Source: Chrysomallon squamiferum (lineage: Eukaryota; Animalia; Mollusca). From it: a DNA stretch of 64,000 bases. Both the position numbers and the translations under genes were made by a program. Location: positions 3,596,001-3,660,000 of the forward strand of contig CM022677.1 of the NCBI GenBank assembly GCA_012295275.1. The letters are read 5' to 3'. Below are positions 53,530 to 64,000 of the stretch, in pieces (the first letter of the stretch is position 1; the number at the start of each line of letters is the position of its first letter). The notes beneath the pieces were generated by a model. It ran no database searches and was not told where the DNA came from. It was given only the letters and a program-made list of their open reading frames with translations.

Positions 53530-56500
53530 GTATATAATATATGCACATGCAGATTATAGATACATATACAAACATGTACAATAAACATATAATATAATAT
53601 AATATACATATATGCACATTTCTTGAAATTCATAATAGATACATATACAAACATGTACAATAAAGATACACATAATATAATATATGCACACACAGATTAT
53701 ACAAATATACAATAAACATACACATAATGTAAGTATATGCAAGTCAGATTATAGATTATAGATACACAAACATATAATAAACAAACACATAATATATAAT
53801 AATATATAATCACACGCAGATTATAGATACATACACAAACATATACAAGAATCATACACATAATCATAATATATATATATGCACATGCAGATTATATATA
53901 AAATATATACAATAAACATACACATAATATAATATATGCACATGCAGATTATAGATACATATACAAAAACATATACAATAAACAAACACATAATATATGC
54001 ACATAATATATGCACATGCAGATTATAGATACATATACAAACATGTACAATAAACATACACATAATATAATATGCACACATGCAGATTATAGATACATAT
54101 ACAAACATATACAAACATATACATTAAACATACACATAATATAATATATGCACATAAGATTATACAAACATATACAAACATATATAAACATATACAAACA
54201 AACAAACACAAACATAACAATAATATATAATATATGCACACGCAGATTATACAAACATATACAAACATATACAAACATATACAATAAACAAACACATAAT
54301 ATAATATATATATGCATTTGATTATAGATACATATACAAACATATACAATAAACAAACACATAATATAATATATGCACATGCAGATATACAAACATATAC
54401 AAACATATACAAACATATACAATAAAAACATACACATAATATAATATATGCACACGCAAACATATATACATAATATACAAACATATACAATAAAAACATA
54501 CACATAATATAATATATGCACATGATTATAGATTATATATATATATAAAACATATACAATAAACATACACATAATATAATATATGCACATGCAGATTATA
54601 GATACATATACAAACATATAATATATAAAACATACACATAATATAATATATATATGCACACGCAGATTATATAATACATATACAAAACATATACAATAAA
54701 CATACACATAATATAAATATATGCACATGCAGATTATACAAATATATACAAACATATAAACATACACATAATATAAAATATATGCATTATGCATATATTT
54801 GTAATATATATAATATATATACAAACATATACAAATAAACAAACACATAATATAATATATGCACACGCAGATTATAGGTATACATATACAAACATATACA
54901 ATAAACAAACATACACATATAATATATATATACACATAATAATATACAATATAACATACACAAATAATATACATAATATAATATATGCAAATTATATATA
55001 TATAATATAAACAAACATATACAATAAACATACACATAATATAATATATGCACACATAGATTATAATACATATATACAAACATATACAATAAATTAAACA
55101 CATAATATAATATATGCACACGCATAATTATACAATAAACATACACATAAACATAATATGTATAATATATGCAAGTCATGCAGATTATAGATACATATAC
55201 AAACATATACAATAAACAAACACATAATATAATATATGCACACACATAGATTATAGATACATATACATATACAAACATATATAATAAATAAACATATACA
55301 CATAATATAATATATGCACATAATATATTATAGATACATATATAAACATATACAATAAACATACACATAATATATATATATGCATATATGCACATACAGA
55401 TTATAGATACCTATATAAAATATACAATAAACATACACATAATATAATATATGCACACGCAGATTATAGATACATATACAAACATATACAATAAACATAC
55501 ACATAATATAATATATATATATATGCATATATGATACATATACAAACATATACAATAAACATACACATAATATAATATATATATACATACAGATTATACA
55601 TATAAAACATACACATAATGTAATATATGCATATGCACACGCAGATTATAGATACATATACAAACATGTACAATAAACATACACATACATAATATATAAT
55701 ATATATACATATACAAATTATACAATAAACATACACATAATATAATATATATACACATACAGATTATATATATACAAACATATGTACAATAAACATACAC
55801 ATAATATAATATAATATATATATACACATAGATTATATATACAATAAACATATACACATAAACATAATAATATATGCACATGCAGATTATAGATACATAT
55901 ACAAACATATATACAATAAACATACACATAATATAATATATGCACACGCAGATTATAGATACATATACAAACATATACAATAAACATACACATAATAATA
56001 TATGCACACGCAGATTATAGATACATATACAAACATGTACAATAAACATACACATAATATAATATATGCACACGCAGATTATAAATAAACATACAAACAT
56101 AATATAATATAATATATGCACACATTTATAGAAACATATAAAACATATACAATAAACATAAACATAATATATATATGCACACATAGATTATAGATACATA
56201 TACAAACATACATAAACAAACACATAATATAATATATGCACACGCAGATTATAGATACATATACAAACATGTACAATAAACATACACATAATATAATATA
56301 TGCACATGCAGATTATACAATAAACATATACATAAACATACATAATATATATGCACACGCATTATAAAACATGTACAATAAACATACACATAATATATAT
56401 ATATGCACACACACAGATTATAGTACATATACAAACATATACAATAAACATACACATAATATAATATATGCACACGCAGATTATAGATACATATACAAAC

Positions 56501-56740
56501 ATGTACAATAAACATATACACATAATGTAATATATATGCATATGCACACAGATTATATTAAAAATATACAATACATAATAATATGCATATGCACATATTA
56601 TATACATATACAAACATACACAATATATACATAATATATACACATAGATATATAACATACATATACAAACATACAATAAATATAATATATGCACACAAGA
56701 TTATAGATACATATACAAACATATACATTAAACATACAAT
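53530..56740. repeat. ~3.2-kb degenerate ~64-bp A/C-rich satellite
   Basis: Consensus gcagattatagatacatatacaaacatatacaataaacatacacataatataatatatgcacac with many indels; source of the spurious Y/I/C/M ORFs. Confidence 0.92.
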
Positions 56741-56873
56741 CAGTGCTCAATATTCTTGGTTGTTTTCTCATTTTGTTTCTTGTTATACTTATAAAATTCT
56801 AATCTTTTCTTTTTGGTTCTTTATTATTTTGTATCTTCTTATCCTTCTTTCTTTTTGTTATATTTATTATCTG

Positions 56874-56931
<58 letters not shown>

Positions 56932-57012
56932 AAACCTCACTGAATTTAACTGAATTTATAGACTCATCATTGACGAACACGTGTTGAAGGAAATCACTGA
57001 AATAGCACGTCT

Positions 57013-57220
57013 CGTTTTTCTAAATTACAAAATACTCCTCACCTCGCTGTTCTAGAAATACCACGTTTTTCTAAATTACAAAACACTCGTCACCTCTCTG
57101 TTCTAGAAATACCACGTTTTTCTAAATTACAAAACACTCGTCACCTCTCTGTTCTATGAATACCACGTTTTTCTAAATTACAAAACACTCGTCACCTCGC
57201 TGTTCTAGAAATACCACGTT
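57013..57220. repeat. 51-bp tandem repeat, 4 copies
   Basis: cgtttttctaaattacaaaacactcgtcacctctctgttctagaaatacca at 57013, 57064, 57115, 57166. Confidence 0.93.
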
Positions 57221-58496
57221 TGTAAGATAAATAAATGTATATATATATTTATATTTTAATGCACGCAACATTTATTTATTTTAAATAATGTTCTTTTACA
57301 TAACTTAATGGGAAAATTATTGTTGAAAAGAGCTTCTGTATTTTTTATATAAAAAGATAGAGAAACAAAAATAATAAATAATAAGATTATTAAATATATT
57401 AAAGATAATAACATCAATAATAAAATGAAATTACAAATACAAAAATTATAAACGTTTTTTGTCAAATAATTAAGTTGTTTTATTATTTTCCGATTTATTT
57501 ATTCTGTTTTCAAAATTAATTTCTGCTGAAATTATTGCGAGAAATAGTATCTGATTTGATATGTTTTATTTATTGTTATTTTATACTTATATATGTATAA
57601 TAACTTGGAACGAGTAAAAAACAAGTTACTGGTTCAGATGAGTTATCTCCCTTTTTAGCGCGAATGATGGTTTTCACAATTTTTGAAGTTGTACTATTTT
57701 CCTTACGGAGCTGCCGCTTGTTAACTTACAGAATTAATCAGTTCATGAATAATAATAAGAAGTTAACAATAAACACGTAAAATAGTATTTTGGTGACAAA
57801 ACAATAGAAATATAAATATTTTTCTAAACTATTAGAGTGCTATAAATGGTTTGACAACTAAACTTCCACTTGAAGCAGTGTTTCAGTGACGTAGTCTGTG
57901 GTAATTCCGACTTACATCGAAAGTCGCCTGACGTAGGCACGTAACTCAGCACTCCATGTGTTTTTGTTTCGTCTTCGTTTGACTGAGTGCACGTGTTTCC
58001 ATGTGTTTTTGTTTCGTCTTCGTTTGACTGAGTGCACGTGTGCCAGTTTATGCATGCATACGTGTTGATCGTCGCTGCTTGAATTTTTGGTACCTCCTGT
58101 CGGAAATTCTACTTTATTTATTTATTATTTATTATTTTTAACTTTACTATTATCTGAGAAAAAAAAATGAAAACAAAACAAAGATTTTACGTAAATAACT
58201 AGTGAAATGTTTTTTAGCTGAATAATGTAGGCAAAAATTTTCTTTTTGGACGCAGGTTGATAAAGAAATGTAGTTTTTGAGATTACTCAAATAGGTGAAG
58301 AATATTTTAAAAATATATTTGGAGAGAGTTATTAAATTTGTTTGACGATCAACAATACCATAGTAAGAAGAAACTAACAAAACAATGTTATCTTAGAAGA
58401 AAAAAAGATTAAATAAAATGACCAGTTTTAAATGTTAATTAATGCTTTATTTATTCAAGTATATATTCAACTGAAACGTTGCTATCACCCTAACCC

Positions 58497-58528
<32 letters not shown>

Positions 58529-58557
58529 ATAATAATTATTATTATTATTATTATTAT

Positions 58558-58604
<47 letters not shown>

Positions 58605-59158
58605 ATAGTACTAGTAGTAGTACTGTTTTCTTTATTATGTTGAGTTTATTCTGCAAATACTGATATGAACTTATTGAAATTTTGCAATAAATAGACAGAC
58701 AGATACGTATGTAGGTAGCAGGTAAGTAACTTGGTAGGATGGATGACGCGTGCACAGACGTACGCTTTCCTGGATTACTTCACTGATGGACTGATGGATG
58801 TGTGGGTGGATTCACACACATATATTTAACCGCCCTGGTTTGATCGAAACTGTCGGTGCAAGACACAGACATTGTCCCTAAAGCAGTGGTTCCCAACCTT
58901 TCAAATATAGCGACCCATTTTAGAACAAGCAATCAGGAAGCGACCCCAATCATTAAAATATCTTATATATACATTCACTTTTTTGTACAACAAACTGCCA
59001 TATAAGGAACTATACATTCCGTAAATTCATGATTAATTTCAAATTTATTCATAAAAAATTCCAAAGCTCCTACAAACATTAATTAATTGCAAATCAATTC
59101 AAAATTATTCGAACACACAAATTTCCACCGTTATGTAAAGTATCTTTATGAACTGAAC

Positions 59159-60885
59159 TTAATGAGACGGCTGGTATTGCAGTTTTTTAGCTAGCAATTC
59201 TCTCCTGGGCTCCGTTGTCGATATAGCACACCTCAAGTCGTCTAACACATTTAATTTATTTCGGTACTTGTTTTTAAGGATGAGAAGTTGGGAGAATGCT
59301 GCTTCACATAAGTCAGTTGTTGGGAACGGCAATAAATTCCTTATTGCGATTTCTGATATTACTGGGAATTTTTGGAAACTTTTTGCCCAAAATTCTTGTA
59401 GTTGCAGTTCACCAAACCATGATTTAGCTTCAAAATTGTTTGTTAAGTCGACGAACTCTTCTTCTGCTGCTTCAGGGACATCAGATTCACTGGTACTGAA
59501 AGGGTTTATTGTAAGGGAGAAAGATTTGCAACATTCATCAGGAAAATAGCTTCTTATTTGAACAGTAAGATTTTCCAAATGCTGTTGTATCAAGCCATAT
59601 AAGTCATCGATGTTAATTTCATTTGCCGCTTCTTCAACAAATTGGGCAAGTGTTGGGAACATGTATAATTTCTTTTGGTTAATTTTGGTGGTCCAGAGTT
59701 CCAATTTCATTTTGAAAGACGATATCTTTTCAGACAAAAATATTATCGTACTTTCCTTACCCTGTAATCCTGTATTAATACTATTAAATATCTCAAAAAT
59801 GTCGACCAGGTATGCCAATTTGCACAACGTAAATTCATCCGTAAACAATGATTCATATTCGCTTGCATTTTGAGAAGCGAGAAATATTTGCAGCTCTCCT
59901 CTCAATTCAAAAAATCTCTTCAACGCCTTTCCTTTCGAGAGCCACCTTACCTCTGTGTGAAACAATAGTGCTTCATGCGTTGAACCCAAATATTCACATA
60001 AAACTTTGAAGAGCCGTGTTGTAAGTGGCCTTGATTTAACGACATTTACTGCTTTAATCACTCGGTTAAGCACTTCTTTGAATGGTTCAGGTAACGTCTT
60101 GGTAGCTAATACTTGTCGATGAATTATGCATTGAGTCCCAATTACTTCTGGAGTCACTTTTTAACTAACGATTGGAAGCCAGACTTACAGCCGAGCATTG
60201 CAGGTGCCCCGTCAGTACAAACTCCGCACAATTTCTCCTATTCGATTGAATGTTCTTTGAAGAAATCATCAATTAAATCAAAAATATCAGCAGCAGTAGT
60301 TGAAGTTTGCAGAGGCTTACAAAACAAGAAATCTTCTTTAATTTTTTCATTTTTTTAATAACGAGCATACACAAGAAGTTGTGCAAAGTTTGTCACATCA
60401 GTAGTTTCATCAAGCTGTATGCTGAACAGCCCAGTTGGAGTTTCTTTTAATTCTTGAATAATTTGGCATAAAATATCCTCGGACACATCTGTTATCCTTT
60501 GTTTTACCGTATTGTTTGACACGGATAGAGGCGATAATTTATTTACTGCTTCAGGACCGATCATGAGACGTACAATATCTTTGGTGCATGGAAAACTAAG
60601 ATTCTCAGCTGTTGTGTGTGGTTTTCTAGCATGTGCTGTTCTTAATCCAACCGTGTATGAAGCTTCAACGCCAACAACTTTTGCTTTAAAAAAGTCAATA
60701 CTTTTATCTTTCAAATCAGGGTGCTTAGTTTGGAGATGTCTTTGAAGTTTAGCTGGTTTCATAGACTCATGAGCAAGAACTTCCAAACATACTACTCACT
60801 GTGGTCTTTCCACACCTGCAATAACTATGTCAGTGAATCCCCACTTCAAGAAATCATCGCTGTACTTTCTCTTTCTTACACTCAT
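59159..60885 (-). pseudogene. hAT (Buster) transposase pseudogene
   Basis: BED finger with a Cys changed to TGA; IQLDETTD; CTDGAPAM; CIIH; HTEVRWLS; LAYLVDIF; FPTTDLCEAAFS; QPSH C-terminus. Stops at ~60797, 60355 and ~60238, a frameshift at ~60160, and a 19-aa in-frame deletion relative to copy 1. Confidence 0.95.
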
Positions 60886-60966
60886 TTTTAAAGGGTTAAG
60901 AGTCACTCAAACAAAACTAACTACGTGTCACTGCAAGTGCGAGTACAACACTAGGTAAGTGGGAGG

Positions 60967-61204
60967 CAGTGTTGCCAGATGGCTCATACAGAAATCGACT
61001 AGAACTAGCTTTGAAAATGGCTAAAAACTGGCTAGACTTAATAGTAAATGGCTAAAGAAAACGGCTAAATTTATCTGTGCATTTTTATGAATAGTTTCTC
61101 AAGTATTCTTACAAACAATCTAGCAACTAAATGAATTTTTTTTCGGCCAGATGCTGCCAAATTTGGCTGAATCTAGCCGGAAATCAGCTAATTTGGCAAC
61201 ACTG
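60967..61204. mobile_element. Nested MITE, second copy
   Basis: Same TIRs as 15505-15746; TSD GTGGGAGG / GTGGAAGG. Confidence 0.9.
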
Positions 61205-62189
61205 GTGGAAGGAGCGACAGTGGTGGCGCGACCAAAACAAAACAGAAACCAAACATGTTCAATACTGGCTCAGACGTTGTGTTGAGTGACTTAGGGAACT
61301 GTTACATTTAGTTTCATAGTATGAATTTTTATAACTGCCTTAATATGTTTTTCACCGTGTTTTATTTAATATTCACATTCGGCTCAAAATCAATTAACGA
61401 CCCCATGGCATTGAAACATGGGAAAGTTCAGAATCTTCACGTCAGACAGTTATCGGTTGGTTCGCGGAACAAGTTATTACAAGCGTAACATTTAAAAAGA
61501 CTAAACACATTGTCGGAGACTTGTAAACAAGCTGATCGAATATTAAAACGTAAGTTTACAAAATGTAATTTCTTTCTATAACAATTAAAAGTATTTTCAT
61601 GATAAAAATAACATTTATAAAAAATATTTTAAAATAGCCTCCCTTAACCTGCGTTTTAATAGAACGTGCGCAATAGCGCTCCATTTTAAGTGTTCAGAGC
61701 ATGTGACGAACTTAACTAGATTTTAATTAGGACTGACGGAATCTTAACAGTGTGTTGACAGTGAGTATAAACCATTTTGTAAACCAATATTTACAACTAT
61801 ATTATTATTATTACCGGGCTAGACCTATTGTTAAAATGTATTTCTTTCTGCAGTCAAATGTTTGATTCAGAATTTTTTACTTTTTGAAGTTTTTCGCCCA
61901 GGATGTACGTAAACGGATACACAGTCATTTCATAAGCAAAAATGCAAAAACATGCAGTGAAAAGAAAAAATAATATGATTAAATCTTGCAAATATATTAA
62001 TGATATTTAATTACTTAATTATTATATTTGTTTCTACTACATGACCTTGGGAAGTTTCCTTCATATAACTACTGTTAATTATTTATTTTAATTTTCTTCT
62101 TTTTATTTATTTATTTAGTGATTTCACCCGCAATGATAAAGTTACTGCTTTTCCGGTTCGGTTAGAGTAAAATAATTTCTGTTAAAATG

Positions 62190-62234
<45 letters not shown>

Positions 62235-62489
62235 TATTATAAAAGAAAATTATCTCAGTGGTAAAATAAATTAACATCACCAATCATAGAACAGTTAAAC
62301 AATTTACAATTCAGAGTTAAATACAACAAACACATTGTGTAATGCATTTTTAATTAATATTTGATATTAATATCAATTTACTGATGTCTGGACTGGGGTG
62401 GAGGTGAGTGTGAATGGTTTTACTATTTTCTGTTCATGGTTTGTTATATAATAATATGTGTTTAATTTTCAGTTTCTAACAGCAGTAAA

Positions 62490-62939
62490 ATGACAGATTC
62501 TGTAAGTTTGTTTTCTGTAAATTATATTTTAAAACACACACACACATACTAACACACACACACACACACAAAAATTTGGGAACTGACATAAGCAGTGAAA
62601 GAAAGTGAAGAAGAAATGTTATCAAAATGCTTAAATATTTTAAATTTCATTAAAAGCTGATTATATTTTATTTTATATTGTTTTCTTTATTATTATTATG
62701 ATTATTATTATTATTATTATTATTAGTTTCATTATTATTATTTGTTGTTATTACTATTGTTATTGTTGAAATCACCATCATTATTGTTATTGTTACATCA
62801 TCATCATCATCATCATCACCATAATCATCATTGTGACCTCATTCTCTAGTCTGGGTCAACAAGACAAATGACCTCTGACCCAGCTGTTACCAATCAGAGA
62901 GTTGCTTCTGACCAGCCTGAGCTTACAGCGTATAATAAG
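62490..62939 (+). CDS. Probable N-terminal exons of an unknown protein (continuation not identified)
   Basis: Exon 62473-62501 (ATG at 62490, MTDS|gtaagt) splices in phase 0 to the 90-bp open exon 62850-62939 (SGSTRQMTSDPAVTNQRVASDQPELTAYNK|gtgaga); ttccgg promoter-like patch at ~62150. Confidence 0.5.
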
Positions 62940-63290
62940 GTGAGACTGTCTTATATTGTTTTATTACACTATGTTAAAACTACAGAAAACATCAGAATTA
63001 AAATACACAGTCAAAGACAGTAATAAGGTGAGACTGTCTTATATTGTTTTATTACACTATGTTAAAACTACAGAAAACATCAGAATTAAAATGCACAGTC
63101 AAAGACAGTAATAAGGTGAGACTGTCTTATATTGTTTTATTACACTATGTTAAAACTACAGAAAACATCAGAATTAAAATGCACAGTCAAAGACAGTAAT
63201 AAGGTGAGACTGTCTTATATTGTTTTATTACACTATGTTAAAACTACAGAAAACATCAGAATTAAAATATACAGTCAAAGACAGTAACAA
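62933..63290. repeat. 88-bp tandem repeat, 4 copies
   Basis: taataaggtgagactgtcttatattg... at 62933, 63021, 63109, 63197. Confidence 0.95.
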
Positions 63291-63502
63291 GGAAATAAAT
63301 AAATAAGATGAACAAGACAGAAAGGAAACTGATACAAATTAATTGCTCAGAACTAATGAATTTAACATTTAACAATGAACTAGAATTATTTTATTTTTTA
63401 GAAGTGTAGACATCTTACTGACTTTATTTATATGTTAAATATAAAAAACATTGAAGTGGTTTTAACAAATTTTCTAACAAACTTACCATAAACCTGCCTT
63501 CA

Positions 63503-63811
63503 TTATGAACTTTGTTTGCTTTTTGTCATAATTAGCATAATTCTGTTAGAATAATGAACTTTGTTTGTTTTTAGGCATAATTAGCATAATTCTGTTAGAA
63601 TAATGAACTTTGTTTTTTGTCATAAATAGCATAATTCTGTTAGAATAATGAATTTTGTTTTTAGGCATAATTAGCATAATTCTGTTAGAATAATGAACTT
63701 TGTTTTTTTTTGTCATAAATAGCATAATTCTGTTAGAATAATGAACTTTGTTTTTAGGCATAATTAGCATAATTCTGTTAGAATAATGAACTTTGTTTGT
63801 TTTTTGTCATA
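63503..63811. repeat. ~47-bp tandem repeat, ~6.5 copies
   Basis: aataatgaactttgtttgttttt(aggc/tgtc)ataattagcataattctgttag. Confidence 0.9.
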
Positions 63812-64000
63812 ACTGTCTCATGCGAGTTGAACTCAGTGTTGTTGTAGTTGCAGGGGATGCCAGCCAGGCAGCTTCGATTTTGCAGGAACTCAGCACTTCT
63901 CACATCATTATTGCCATCGATTGAGAAAATGCGTTTAGGTCAAATGATGACAATATGTATGTTTTCTTCTTTTTCAACTGTTTTTAGCTTTTTAATATTT

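Larger units (their letters stand above)
58884..61406 (-). mobile_element. Buster/Charlie hAT transposon, near full length (copy 2), 5' TIR truncated
   Basis: TIR CAGTGGTTCCCAAC at 58884 preceded by CCCTAAAG (nnnTAnnn); cgaccc subterminal repeats; homology to copy 1 stops ~35 bp short of the 5' terminus. Confidence 0.95.

Overview
AT-rich, microsatellite-dense metazoan genomic DNA. The repeat types suggest an invertebrate such as a mollusc; this is inference only. No intact long protein-coding gene is visible, and most supplied ORFs are translated micro- or minisatellites. Recognisable elements: a decayed Tigger/pogo transposon (22.8-25.3 kb); two complementary copies of a Buster-type hAT (15.1-16.0 and 58.9-61.4 kb), each carrying the same nested ~240-bp MITE with its own 8-bp TSD; a separate Buster MITE; I/Nimb-type and L1/Tx1-type LINE fragments; a MULE transposase fragment; a SINE fragment; and two divergent tRNA-Arg-like units sharing a conserved upstream block. 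A ~5-kb direct segmental duplication (4.0-9.0 vs 47.3-52.9 kb) holds two head-to-head decayed spliced genes. One of these starts with a SWIM-finger-like exon and has a third, inverted paralog at 21.6-27.3 kb. About a dozen minisatellites are present, including a CpG-rich array with 16 CRE palindromes and arrays that begin at splice donors. A probable gene start lies at 62.5-62.9 kb. All alignments and identities were judged by eye.
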